A stretch of 64,000 nucleotides of DNA. Origin: Eledone cirrhosa (Eukaryota). A program made the position numbers and the translations under genes. A model generated the notes under the pieces. It was not told where the DNA came from. It searched no databases and worked only from the letters and a program-made list of their open reading frames with translations. The stretch covers positions 47,802,001 through 47,866,000 of the forward strand of contig OZ024741.1 in NCBI GenBank assembly GCA_964016885.1. The letters run 5' to 3'. Below, piece after piece: positions 1-24,729 of this stretch (its first letter is position 1; the number at the start of each line of letters is the position of its first letter).

Positions 1-1627
1 AAGATCAACCCTCCAAAACCAACCGACAACATACCGCCAAGCTCACCACAAGCATCAGAGTCGAAAAACAGACAAAGCCAAAAACCATCCATCAAATCGC
101 ATCTAGCAAAGATCACTTCAAAAAGTTTAGGACGCCCAATCTGGTCCACATGTGTTCCTACATTCAATATAGAAGTTCATCCAGTGCAACGCCTATTCGA
201 AACACTTGGAGCATCAACCTCTAGGGCAGCCCAACTCCCCACGAAGAATGCCTAAATAAAAATAAAATAAAAATAAAAAAGAATAAAAAGAAGGAATCAA
301 AGATTTATCGGCCAGTTTCCCATATAATCATAAATCAAACTAAACACACCACATCCCAAACCTAAACTTATATCCAAACGTTGAGTTCAATCCATGTCTG
401 CAACAACCGAACAAATTTGTCCGTAGACCAAGGGAATCCCCAGACCTTAGTATAAAGAACATCTCCCCCGCGCAGAGGCCACATGTCCCAGAGGATGAAC
501 CAAAAGGAATCCCTCTTGAGACCACACTCCAAGCCGTCGAATATCCAACGCCATCTAGCCCAAGTTGCCAGAGCACGCCTGACAGTGCCGTTGAAGACCC
601 CCCGCCTGGACCCGCGAAAGAACCCCCGTGGCTACCACAGCGAAGTCCAAACTCCGTCGATGTGGAACCGACGCAGCCAAAAGAATTAGAGTCAGTATCA
701 ACATCACAATTGCATACCATACCTCTAACCAAGCAGCCGTTATTCAACGGACATCCAGATCCATCTCCACAGCCACATCTGTCAACTTGTACATCACCCA
801 TGCTATTATCACTAGGTTTTAAGTTCCCATTATCCACTCCATCAACATCCTGTGCCAAATTTTTGGTGGACAAGTAGGTCAATCTCACCGTATGTCCATT
901 GAAAACTGAGCGACACCCAATAGGTTAAAAAACTAGGCGTGGGATCATTGATTTTCACACATTGTGGATGCATGTCCCGTTCAGGAATACTGATATTTAC
1001 AATATAGTGGCTGGTTTTTATAAATACTAATACCTCTACATTAAAACATGGGGTTTTTTACGCCTCGCCTGTGTCTGGCTATTTTTAAATTTTTTCTCTC
1101 TCTATATTTTTTCTCTCTCTGTATAACAGCTGGTTTCTCTCCGTATGTCTCCCTTGCATTGATACTAGAGCTGAGTAGGTGAGTGAATGGGTGGGTGTAT
1201 CATTGATACGTTTACTCGACAGACGTCCCACTACCTAGTTTTCTATATATATGTATCTATCTCTATTTCCTCTCTCTCTATATATATAGATCTCTTTCTG
1301 TTTCTTTGCATGGAGTTCTTCTCTTTGTCTATCTTTCCATCTCTCTATTTTGTTCCATGCGTTTCTTCTTTTTCTTCTTTTTCTTCGTTTTCTGTCTTTC
1401 TTTCCTTTTTTTCTCTCTTTCTTTCTCTCTGTGTACAATTTTTTCACTGCCAAATCAACCTTTTCAAATACAAGTCGATGTTGTTACGGTATGTCGAATC
1501 TATTTATCTATAAAACTGTTTATATTGTATTTTGTCTGAGGAAGGCATAGCATATTGTTAATATGATATCCCTGAAATATATATGGTGAAATAGATATGG
1601 TTTTATAAATATAGTTTCCATTTAATA
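1..1627 (+). mobile_element. 3' portion of a probable Penelope-like element (family P1): C-rich degenerate frames, pyrimidine-rich UTR, hammerhead-bearing end
   Basis: 1350-1627 is near-identical to 28319-28600 and similar to 18415-18590. It contains an HHR motif and ends in (TA)n. No RT or EN is visible in the window. Confidence 0.6.
1528..1593 (+). ncRNA. Type I hammerhead motif, family P1; this copy has an AUG triplet and is probably inactive
   Basis: TATTTTGT-CTGAGGA-stem II (AGG..CATATT-GTT-AATATG..CCT)-GAAA-TATATA-TG-GTGAAATA. Confidence 0.6.
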
Positions 1628-2473
<846 letters not shown>

Positions 2474-2474
<1 letters not shown>

Positions 2475-3392
2475 TATTAGAAAGATCGAGTATCGAAAAA
2501 TCGGCGCACAAGTTCACGATAAACGAAATTCGACATGAGCGGCAGAGGGCTCAATAATTCAGATGAATCAGAGCTATAACTATCGTTAAAATACCGTCAC
2601 ATATAGAACAAGTCTACAATCAACCATACGATTTAAAATCGATAGAGGAAGATTCGGGACAAACAGATAAAAAATATCAATAAAACAATACGTCAATAAT
2701 TTAAATGAATGTAAAATCATACCCGGACCCACTAGACAGGTGTTAAATCTAGCTTCATGGGTTTCTGTAAATCCTTAGACTGTACTCTATCAGCTCACAT
2801 ATAAATATAAAAGCCTACTAGAGCAAGCGGAACGGAGGTTTACTTTCTCAACGAGTTTTTTCCTGGCGGCAGAGGAGCCAACTACCAGTGAAAAACGCAC
2901 ATGGCATTAGACAAGGGAGATGACCCCTATATCCGCGAAAACAATTCGAGTGAATGTGGAAATACACATATCGAATTAGAGTGCTCAATAGACATGTTAT
3001 AATAAAACAAAAGCTATTCATCACTCAATAGAATCGACAAAAAATGAGCAATAAAATTAACTGGTGGATAGCTATGTCCAGAGCTAAAAATATTAGAAAG
3101 ATCGAGTATCGAAAAATCGGCGCACAAGTTCACGATAAACGAAATTCGACATGAGCGGCAGAGGGCTCAATAATTCAGATGAATCAGAGCTATAACTATC
3201 GTTAAAATACCGTCACATATAGAACAAGTCTACAATCAACCATACGATTTAAAATCGATAGAGGAAGATTCGGGACAAACAGATAAAAAATATCAATAAA
3301 ACAATACGTCAATAATTTAAATGAATGTAAAATGAATGTAAAATGAATGTAAAATGAATGTAAAATGAATGTAAAATGAATGTAAAATCATA
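2474..3392 (-). mobile_element. Non-coding tandem element, 616-nt period, about 1.4 copies, retrozyme-like
   Basis: 2475-2721 recurs at 3091-3392. Flanked by (TA)n on both sides. Six-fold AAATGAATGTA stutter at 3319-3384. Strand inferred from the HHR-like motif at 2722-2793. Confidence 0.65.
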
Positions 3393-3408
3393 TTTATATA
3401 TATATATT

Positions 3409-3502
<94 letters not shown>

Positions 3503-3562
3503 TATATATATATATATATTTATTTATATATATATATTTATATATATATATTTATATATATA

Positions 3563-6210
<2,648 letters not shown>

Positions 6211-6219
6211 ATATATACT

Positions 6220-6323
<104 letters not shown>

Positions 6324-6337
6324 TATATATATATATT

Positions 6338-8052
<1,715 letters not shown>

Positions 8053-8138
8053 GTAGGAGGTGAGTTTTATTGTAGTACAATAAAGCAATGCAGATATCGG
8101 ATAAGAAGCACTCTACAGTTTGTGGGACTGGAGTATGC

Positions 8139-8476
8139 ATAATATAAGATCAAAAGATGGTTAAAGGAGTTCCATATATTTTATTATGCGCATTTCAAAA
8201 ACAAACATCATCATGCAATAATATTTGTGTTTTCATCAGATAAAACAGGAGAACATGATATGAAGGCTAAAAAACACTTGTGGATAGTGCAGTTTTAAAT
8301 CAACATATGATATGTTGATTTAAAACTGCACTATCCACAAGTGTTTTTTAGCCTTCATATCATGTCCTGTTTTATCTGATGAAAACACAAATATTATTGC
8401 ATGATGATGTTTGTTTTTGAAATGCGCATAATAAAATATATGGAACTCCTTTAACCATCTTTTGATCTTATATTAT
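8139..8476. repeat. Fold-back palindrome of the 3' end of PLE family HC; HHRs at 8179-8245(-) and 8370-8436(+)
   Basis: Arms are reverse complements around a 1-nt centre (8309) and match 48955-49127. HHR: TTTTAT-CTGATGA-AAACA..TGTTTTT-GAAA-TGCGCA-TA-ATAAAA. Confidence 0.9.
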
Positions 8477-8493
8477 ATTTATATATATATATT

Positions 8494-8605
<112 letters not shown>

Positions 8606-8620
8606 ATATATATATATATT

Positions 8621-8672
<52 letters not shown>

Positions 8673-8720
8673 TATATATATATATTTATATATATATATT
8701 TATATATATATTTATATATT

Positions 8721-8752
<32 letters not shown>

Positions 8753-8792
8753 TATATATATATATTTATATATATATATTTATATATATATT

Positions 8793-8975
<183 letters not shown>

Positions 8976-9012
8976 ATTTATATTTATATATATATATATA
9001 TATATATTTATT

Positions 9013-9073
<61 letters not shown>

Positions 9074-9100
9074 TTATATATATATATGTATATATATATT

Positions 9101-9137
<37 letters not shown>

Positions 9138-9204
9138 ATATATATTTATACTATATATATATATATATATATATTTATATAGATATATATATATATTTAT
9201 ATAG

Positions 9205-9239
<35 letters not shown>

Positions 9240-9298
9240 GATATATATATATATATATTTATATATAGATATATATATATATATATATTTATATATAG

Positions 9299-9404
<106 letters not shown>

Positions 9405-9405
9405 T

Positions 9406-9462
<57 letters not shown>

Positions 9463-9471
9463 GTATATATT

Positions 9472-9666
<195 letters not shown>

Positions 9667-9707
9667 ATATTATATATATATACATATTTATATATATATA
9701 TATATCA

Positions 9708-9956
<249 letters not shown>

Positions 9957-9974
9957 ATATATATATTTATATAG

Positions 9975-10031
<57 letters not shown>

Positions 10032-10032
10032 G

Positions 10033-10069
<37 letters not shown>

Positions 10070-10100
10070 GATATATATATATATATATATTTATATATAG

Positions 10101-10131
<31 letters not shown>

Positions 10132-10149
10132 GATATATATATATATATT

Positions 10150-10184
<35 letters not shown>

Positions 10185-10215
10185 ATTTATATATATATAT
10201 ATTTATATATATATA

Positions 10216-10264
<49 letters not shown>

Positions 10265-10284
10265 ATAATAATAAAATTGAAGAC

Positions 10285-10350
10285 TAAAATCCAAAGAGGG
10301 CTCGATAAGGAAAATATATATCAAATATATAAGAACCGTAGAGCAAACTT
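10285..10350 (+). mobile_element. Short fragment related to the Helitron-like element at 54320
   Basis: GCTCGATAAGGA..ATATCAAATATATAAGAACC.TAGAGCAAA matches the reverse complement of 54349-54400. Confidence 0.55.
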
Positions 10351-10369
10351 TAATCTGTTATTTTAATAA

Positions 10370-10409
<40 letters not shown>

Positions 10410-10425
10410 ATTTATATATATATAT

Positions 10426-12638
10426 TTCGTTTCTGAATTTGTTTAGCAAGATTCTTTATCTGAAATCGTGTGTTGAAACCGATATTGTTATACTTTGGGA
10501 GGGTCATGTTGCCAATAAGAAACACATGCACCAGTTGCTTTCACTTCAATTTATTATATATTTATAAATTTATAAATTTATAAATTTACAAACTTATAAA
10601 TTTCTGGTTGGTTGGTTGGTTCCACAACCAGATAGTTGTTTATATATAGTCATAGTCCTTTCGTCACACACTCTGTGACCTCTTCAGTGACTGGGGATTC
10701 CTTTCCTTTGTTTCTGTGCCTTTCCTTTCTTCTATCCTACGCCATTTTGTTTCTGTGTGTGTGTGTTGTGTGCTCAGTTTGCGCATGCGCCACATCCGGG
10801 TGTCTGTGTGTGTTTGTGTTCATTTATCTATTTGTTTATTTATTTATTTATTTATTGTTGGTTGGTTGTTTGTTCTATGTGTGTGTGTGTTTTCATTTTG
10901 TCCTGTTTGTATTTTCATTTTGTCCTTAATTGTAAGTTGTGATGTTGCTGTTCCACTCATATTTTCTATTTAATTTTGGTTTTAATTCTTTTATGCTTAC
11001 TGCCTCTGTAATTTGTCTAAACATTGCATCTTTTCTGTGTGTGGATTCTATTTTTATTTCTATGTTCTCTAGTCTACCCCTGTGTTCTATCTTAGCATGT
11101 TGGTAGAGCACAGATGATTCTTTATTATCTTGGAGGTCTCGCCAGTGTTCATTTATTCGTTCCCCTATACTACGAGCTGTCTCACCTATGTACACTATAT
11201 TTTTGTTTCTACATTGTCCTTCTGTACATCTTATGCTATACACTACATTTCTAGTTTTACAGTTAATATGGGGGCTTATTTTACAGGTTATACATTTCTT
11301 ATCTATACATGAGGGTCTTTGGAACGGGTATGTCTTGCTAATAAGTGTTTTTACGGAGGTACCTGGTCTTTCTACTATCTTAATATTGAGATTATGTTTA
11401 TTTATGGCCCTTCTAAATTTGTAGGCTAGTTCGCCTCTAGGGGTTGTATTAATGAACATTACACTCTGGTATTTATTGCTATCATACCATGAGTTTATTC
11501 TATTGGCCTTGTTCCTAGTTCTTTCTATTCTATTCCAAAATTTGCTCCTATACAAGGGGCAGGTCCCATTTATGTCATTATTTACCATTTTTTCCCATTT
11601 GGTTCTGGCTCCTTTATACACTCTGATTCTATCTCTCTGATTGTAGCCAGAGAACTGCATACGGTGGATGAAGTGTTGTATGTGTCTCTCTAGTTCTTCG
11701 GGGTTGCACATGCGGGACACATTTCTCATCACCCGTACCAAATCCGCAATCAGTATGTTGATTTTGGTATGGTCCGAAATGGCCGAGTTTCGGTGGATCA
11801 GATGTTTGGAAGTCATGGGTTTGGCATAATGGGAATGGAGGATTTGTTTTTGGTTGTTAATGGTATCTAACCAGAGCTGTGTCTAATACAGGTAATCGAT
11901 GGTTGGGGTGTCTACTTGGGTAGTCTATAGTAACTCTAATGCTCTGGTGGATGGAGTTTGCTATTTGCTGGATGCTTTCCATTGTGTTTTTCTCTAGTTC
12001 CTGACTGTTCTTTAGTGGGGGTGTCTTAACTACGATGTTTATATCATCTACGTAGCGGGAGTACATTATCAGGGTTAAGCTGTCTTCTAATTGTTCTTTA
12101 AGTTTTTGTTTAAGTCTACTGTCCCACCATACCATGAATAAGTTAGCTATGTCGCCTGCAATGCTAACACCAATGGCTGCTCCTTCCTCTTGGGCATATG
12201 TTTTACCATTAAATTTGAACATATGTTCCTTAAGGGTTAATTTTATGTTGGCCCCTACCGCATGTGCAATCATTTTCTTTAGTTCATCGTGGTTTTCGGG
12301 TGTCCGTATGGCTCTGGTCCACCCGTTCCATCTATCTGTGTGGGTTTTCTTGGCCATTGAGGTAATGGTAGGTGGTCTGCCTCTTGCTGGTCTTGTAGGG
12401 CACAGGTTGCTAAGGTCATAAGTGTCTAGGTAACTATTACTATGGGTAAGCTTAAGTAGAAGTCCCAGCTCACTGGTATCAATCCCACGGAACTCAACCT
12501 TGCTCTCGCTGATCATTTCTACGCATTTCTCCACAGCAAAATCCACGTCAATAGATGGATACAGGGACACAACATCCATACTGCCTATTATGCAGTTTGT
12601 TAGGTCCCCAGATCGGTTACTCGCGCCGATTCTGCTGA
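10426..12638 (-). mobile_element. 5'-truncated PLE (family N) with RT and GIY-YIG, frameshift near 11875, HHR at 10648-10692
   Basis: Near-identical to 38615-40877. YVDD motif; VYSIRC..YIGET..ERINEH. Confidence 0.92.
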
Positions 12639-12639
12639 T

Positions 12640-12728
<89 letters not shown>

Positions 12729-12753
12729 TATATATATATAAATATATATAAAT

Positions 12754-16998
<4,245 letters not shown>

Positions 16999-17927
16999 TT
17001 TTTTTTCATTCTGAAGATTGAAGGAAACATTTTTTGCTTTTAAGAAACCTCTGGTGAATGGAATAATTGCCTTATGTTGCTTTATTACTTTACTACTATA
17101 TATACGTTTATGTAAGGTTCATTTGTCTTTTCTAATACTGAGTTTTACACATACACACATGTACATGTGTGTGTGTATGTGTATGCATATGTGTATATGT
17201 ACGTATATGTGTATATGTGTATGTATATATATATATATATGTATGTATGTATGTATGTATATGTGTGTGTGTATCTATTTTTATGTATGTGTGTGTGTGG
17301 TTGTGTGTGTGTGTGTGTATTTGTATTTGGTTGTGCGTGTTTTTGATATATACGTATTTGTATGTGTATAATTGTTTAGCTCTGTATGTACATGTGTGTT
17401 TACGTATATGTGTGTGTGTGTGTGTGTGTGTGCGTTTATATTTTTATATTTTTGGATATATATATATATATATGTGTGTGTGTGTATATAATTACATATA
17501 CATGTGTGTGTGTTTATATTATATACGTGTGCGTGTTTGTGTATGTATGTGTTTTTGTATTTGTTTATGTATATTTATGTGTGAGAGTGTGTGTATGTGT
17601 TTACTATTTCGTACGTATGTATACGTGCTTTTTTGTGTGTATTACTTACCACGCGTGTCTGTCCTGTTAGCTGGGTCATGTATCGGTGTCAAAAATTTTT
17701 TAATATATATATATATATTTTTTTTTCTTATATTTATTTGCGTGTGTGAATATGTAGAGGAGTGCATTCATGTATGTGTATGTATGTACGTTTTGTATGT
17801 TTGTGTGAATGTATGTATGTGTATATATATATATGTGTGTATGGCTATGTTTGTGTATGTGTATGCTTGTACACACACATGTGTATGTGTGTGTATGTGT
17901 ATGTGTGTATATGTATATATATATATG

Positions 17928-17966
<39 letters not shown>

Positions 17967-18310
17967 ATTAATGTATGTATGTGTATATGTGTGTATGTAT
18001 GTGTATGTAAGTGTACGTTTTATATATATGTGTATATGTATATATGTATGTATATATGTATGTGTGTGTAAGTATGCTTTTGGGTCTTTTTGTGTGTGTG
18101 TGTTTGCATGTGTAGTTTTATTTTATTTTATTTTTCTTTCCTTCTCCCTTCTCCAGCCTCACTTTCATAATAGATTGCATTTTTGTTTTTATAATCCAAA
18201 TTCAATAAACAAACCAGGATTTTTTCATTCTGAGGATTGAAAGCAAAACCTTTTGCTTTTAAGAAACCACTGGTAAATGGAATAATTGCCTTATGTTGTT
18301 TATTACATAA

Positions 18311-18316
<6 letters not shown>
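16999..18316 (+). mobile_element. Inverted copy of the family HA 3' UTR placed at the 5' end of the element; HHRs at 17004-17063 and 18223-18282
   Basis: Reverse complement of about 13025-14310. Confidence 0.88.
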
Positions 18317-18404
<88 letters not shown>

Positions 18405-18407
<3 letters not shown>

Positions 18408-18680
18408 TAAACCTCTTCAAATGAAGTTGATGTTTATTACGGTATGTCGAATATATTTATCTATAAAACTGTTTATATTGTATTTTGTCTGATGAAGGCA
18501 TAGCATATTGTTAATATGATATCCCCGAAATATATATAATGAAATAAATATGGTTTTATAAATATAGTTTTCCATTTATTTAATATTGTAAATATACTCC
18601 AAGTATTTGTCGAGTGCTTTTATATCAGTTATAAATATTTACTAGTTGTAACCCAACAATTTTAAATATAACTTTACATA
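18405..18680 (+). mobile_element. Isolated 3' end of PLE family P1 with HHR at 18481-18546
   Basis: TATTTTGT-CTGATGA..GAAA-TATATA-TA-ATGAAATA. Matches 28425-28690. Confidence 0.8.
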
Positions 18681-19859
18681 TATATATATATATGTAGATA
18701 AATCTACCAAGAGTTTACGGTAGTGTCCAATCCGTATGAAGAACTCAATGTATTCCGGATATCATGGAAAGAAGAGATGTAATGAAAAACCACTTTCGGT
18801 GAAAGATAAACGGTATACAGAGTCAAGATAAAATATTAAACAAATAATGAATAAAACAATTCCTTATATTAAACAAAAAAAGTTCATTATTTAACGATCG
18901 TTTCTAGGGTATATATGTGTTATAATTGGTATGCATATTCAACAGATCTATGTACAAAATTATACAAAATTATACAAATTATCAAGATTAAATATACATA
19001 CCTAACACATATATACGCCGTCTTCAGAAATAATGAAGTATATTTATTGATAATAACAACAATTCAAAATTTCAGTTCAAAATTGACCAATGAAAACACA
19101 AAGGGTTAAAAGCAGTTCGGTGTGTGTATATACATGTAAAATCCTTACACATATTTTACAAAAATGTATGTATAACTTGTATACGCATACTAAAAAGATG
19201 GATGCAAACACAAAATTTCAAGGTTAATATCTCTGTAAGCTTAAAATGCGCTGATAAGATGCGCATTGATACTTATGGAGTCAAGCATATAAATATATTT
19301 TTTCATACTCACACATATCAGTACAATCACACATACACGCGCTCATATGCATAAATATACACATAACCACGAACATACAAACACACACACACACCCACTC
19401 ACATTTATATATGTGGATATAAAATCATAAGCACATAGATATTAAATCACTCACATAAAACACTGGCACACACATTTCAAGATCAAGATACAGAAATTAG
19501 GTGGGAGGGGGGGGGGGGAGGGGTCAGTATTCAATTGTCTGAGCAGACTGCCTAATATAAATGTATCTATAAATTAAGAAAAATAAAAAAATAAAACAAT
19601 AAAATATAATAAATATAATATAATATACATACACATACAGATATATACACATACATACATGTACGCGCACATAGAAATATTTACGCATACACACATACAC
19701 ACATACATATACAGTCATACACATACATACACTTACACGAACATACACATACACATATATAAAGATATATATATACACACACACACACACACGCAACACA
19801 TACACACATACACATATATATAAAAAATAAATAATAAAGATATATATCCATATACATAT

Positions 19860-19902
<43 letters not shown>

Positions 19903-19981
19903 CATACACATACATCGAAATATACATACACATACATACACACATACATGTACATACATGTACATACATATACGGACATCG

Positions 19982-20030
<49 letters not shown>

Positions 20031-20507
20031 TAGACATATAGATACATACACACACAACTTACATACACACATACATATATATAGATGTACATTCATACAT
20101 AGAATTAGATATATAATCATACATACATATGTACCTACTTATACTCATATATATAAATACATACGCTTCCATATATGCTTATATACATAAAAAACACTAG
20201 AACCTCACCTAACTCAGACATACAAATAAAAATAATAATAAAAAAATAATAATAAAAAGGCATATGTATATACATACACACACGCATTAATAGAGATATA
20301 TATATATACACACATACATACACATATATATATATATACATATATATACACATACATATATATATATATAAATATATACACACACATACAATCATACATA
20401 TATATATATATATATATATATAAAAACATATATATCCACACACTCATACCACCATAAATACACATACAAACACCCACATATATATATATATATATATATA
20501 TACACAC

Positions 20508-20548
<41 letters not shown>

Positions 20549-20836
20549 TAAAAAACAGACATGCACATATATATATATATATACTTTTTTACACTTATAT
20601 ATACACATATTATATACACATACACAACCTCACTTATACACATATACACATAAGTTATATTATAATAATAAAGAATAATATACATATATATATATACATA
20701 TACATATATATATATATATATATACATACATACATACACATACATACATACACATAAACATATACATACATAAATACACACATACGAATAAAGACATATA
20801 TTCACACATAGACACCTATATATATATCTATATATC

Positions 20837-20896
<60 letters not shown>

Positions 20897-22034
20897 GATA
20901 CATATACACACTCACATATATATATGTGTATGTGTGTGTGCGCACATACACATATATACACACACACATACAAACACACACAAACACATACATATGCATA
21001 CGTGCACACACACACACATATATCACATAGATACGAAGATAAACATATAAATAGAGAGACATACATATATATACAACACAAATACACATACATACATACA
21101 CACGCATATACATATACATATATATATATACATATATATATATTCCTATATATACAAGCATACACATACATACACATATATACACATACATACACATATA
21201 CATACAACACATTCACATACACATACATATATAATGCATATATATACATATATATACATACATATGTACACTCATATATACACACGCAATCTTACATTCA
21301 TATTTGCATGCGCATATATGTATTTTTATATTTAGATATAAATACCCAAACCTATATAGACACCTACCTACATATATATTCATACATAGGCGCTTACAAA
21401 TACAGATGATAATAGTATGGGGGAAAGGGGGGGTTTGGAGAAGGGGATCAAAGTAAATATATGTTTCAAGAAACATATAATATAATATTTTCCGTATCTT
21501 TATTCAATGTATGTTCTTACATATTTTCAGTGCTAGGAAATACGACAAACAAGAACTAAGGCAAAATCTATGCATCTCAAAATAAATAAGTATACCATTA
21601 ATCATATGTTAACTAAACCAAAGATAGTCAACATATTGATTTCTAAGGTGTAAATTAGTTAGGTTTATAATATTTGAAGCAGAATTTTGAAGTCAAACAG
21701 TAGTAGATTATTAATTACAGTATAACTAAATTAAAGTTAATAACGTTATGGTATCAATATTAGGAAATGAATTTAGTAATATGGAAAAGAAACCCAAATA
21801 AAAATAAAATAAAGTATTACATCGGTAGTAGCATATAAATTATATGTTAACTAAATTAAAAATTATATATTTATTTCAATAGTATATGTTAATTAGTATA
21901 TGTTAATTAGGTATACAATACATAAAGCAGATATTGTATTTCATCAATAGCACAATATAATTATATGCAAATAGAAATCAAAATTAATACGCATACATAT
22001 ACATATACATACACATACACATATACATACATAT

Positions 22035-22075
<41 letters not shown>

Positions 22076-22608
22076 TACACATATATACATACATACAGAT
22101 ACACATACACACACACACATACACATACACATATACATATACATATCTTTTTCAAAAAATTGCACAGAATATATTAACTAGGTATATATCCAAAACACAT
22201 CCCATTCTATGATTACATGACGTTCTGCAATTCGTCTGTATAAGGATACTAATTTTAAGCAAATTAAAATTAAAATTTTTAGGTTGATTAAAACTAAAAC
22301 CAAATAATAAATATATTTCCAAAATGTATATTAATTAGGTCTATAATACTAAAAATTATTTCTCTGTCATTGGATACACGATATTATTTTGTTATATTTT
22401 ATCTGTAAAAGAGTTATAATAAAAGGTTTAAATAAATTAAAATTAATCTATAAATTAAATTACTAAGTATATATTAGTAATATTTAAAGGTTTTTCACAA
22501 TTTATGATTACATAATATTTTATATTCTCATCTGTAATGAAATATTAATTAAATTAAATTTATAGGTTAACTAACATTTAAATTAAATTAATTTCTAGAA
22601 TAATGTTA

Positions 22609-23270
22609 TTAATTAGGTTTATAATATTTAAATGTTTTTTTTAGTTTATGATTACACGATATAATTAATTCCTGTCGTTTATTTAATAAGATATCCTTAG
22701 ACTTCATTATTTCAAATAGTTCTTGGGAACATAATCTACATTCCTTTCTATTATTTTGATAAGGGGTGGCTCTTTTGAGCACACTCCAGGTCAAATCATA
22801 TTTTATATTCTTATTTTTATAACTATTGATTTTTTCTGCTAGAGATGTAGTATTAGCCAGTGCGGCATTTTTAAAACTATGCTTGTGGGTATTAAACCTT
22901 GTCTTAAAATTGTTAGAGGTAGCTCCTATATATGAGCAAATAGAATCTTTAGTTTTAACATTACATTTATAGACTATGTTGTTAACAAGACAATTCCCTT
23001 TTAATGGGCAGTTTGCTTTGTTTCTACAGTTACATCCTTTCGTTAATTCTGTATTTGAGGAGATATTATGGTTAATTTGATGTACTGGTGGTATACTTAT
23101 GGTTTTCTTACATTTATATGCATTATATGCACTTATATTTTGTTTTATGTTATTTGTTGTAGAATATGAGAATTTAACTGTAGACCTATTTAAGATTTGA
23201 TGGTATTTGTGGTTTGGCGGGAAGTTTTTCTCAAGGATATAAAAAAATTTTTTAGCAATATTATCCTTAA
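22609..23270 (-). pseudogene. PLE GIY-YIG endonuclease fragment (left arm)
   Basis: CNCRNKANCPLKGNC, IVYKC..YIGAT..FKTRFNTH, CRLC..E, LN..E..CNH. Confidence 0.88.
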
Positions 23271-23493
23271 TGATAATATTGATAAAATTTTTAATTTTAA
23301 TGATAATATTGATAATATTAATTTTAATGATAATATTGATAATATTAATTTTAATGATAATATTGATAATATTAAAAAAATTTTTTAGCAATATTATCCT
23401 TAATGATAATATTATCCTTAATGATAATAATGATAAAATTTTTTAGCAATATTATCCTTAATGATAATATTATCCTTAATGATAATATTATCC

Positions 23494-24155
23494 TTAATGA
23501 TAATATTGCTAAAAAATTTTTTTATATCCTTGAGAAAAACTTCCCGCCAAACCACAAATACCATCAAATCTTAAATAGGTCTACAGTTAAATTCTCATAT
23601 TCTACAACAAATAACATAAAACAAAATATAAGTGCATATAATGCATATAAATGTAAGAAAACCATAAGTATACCACCAGTACATCAAATTAACCATAATA
23701 TCTCCTCAAATACAGAATTAACGAAAGGATGTAACTGTAGAAACAAAGCAAACTGCCCATTAAAAGGGAATTGTCTTGTTAACAACATAGTCTATAAATG
23801 TAATGTTAAAACTAAAGATTCTATTTGCTCATATATAGGAGCTACCTCTAACAATTTTAAGACAAGGTTTAATACCCACAAGCATAGTTTTAAAAATGCC
23901 GCACTGGCTAATACTACATCTCTAGCAGAAAAAATCAATAGTTATAAAAATAAGAATATAAAATATGATTTGACCTGGAGTGTGCTCAAAAGAGCCACCC
24001 CTTATCAAAATAATAGAAAGGAATGTAGATTATGTTCCCAAGAACTATTTGAAATAATGAAGTCTAAGGATATCTTATTAAATAAACGACAGGAATTAAT
24101 TATATCGTGTAATCATAAACTAAAAAAAACATTTAAATATTATAAACCTAATTAA
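23494..24155 (+). pseudogene. PLE GIY-YIG endonuclease fragment (right arm)
   Basis: Same protein as the left arm. Confidence 0.88.
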
Positions 24156-24688
24156 TAACATTATTCTAGAAATTAATTTAATTTAAATGTTAGTTAACCT
24201 ATAAATTTAATTTAATTAATATTTCATTACAGATGAGAATATAAAATATTATGTAATCATAAATTGTGAAAAACCTTTAAATATTACTAATATATACTTA
24301 GTAATTTAATTTATAGATTAATTTTAATTTATTTAAACCTTTTATTATAACTCTTTTACAGATAAAATATAACAAAATAATATCGTGTATCCAATGACAG
24401 AGAAATAATTTTTAGTATTATAGACCTAATTAATATACATTTTGGAAATATATTTATTATTTGGTTTTAGTTTTAATCAACCTAAAAATTTTAATTTTAA
24501 TTTGCTTAAAATTAGTATCCTTATACAGACGAATTGCAGAACGTCATGTAATCATAGAATGGGATGTGTTTTGGATATATACCTAGTTAATATATTCTGT
24601 GCAATTTTTTGAAAAAGATATGTATATGTATATGTGTATGTGTATGTGTGTGTGTGTATGTGTATCTGTATGTATGTATATATGTGTA

Positions 24689-24729
<41 letters not shown>

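Noticed and set aside
2810-2850. Twister- or HDV-like ribozyme in the 616-nt unit
   Set aside because: CAAGC is present but the required stems and pseudoknots could not be formed by eye.
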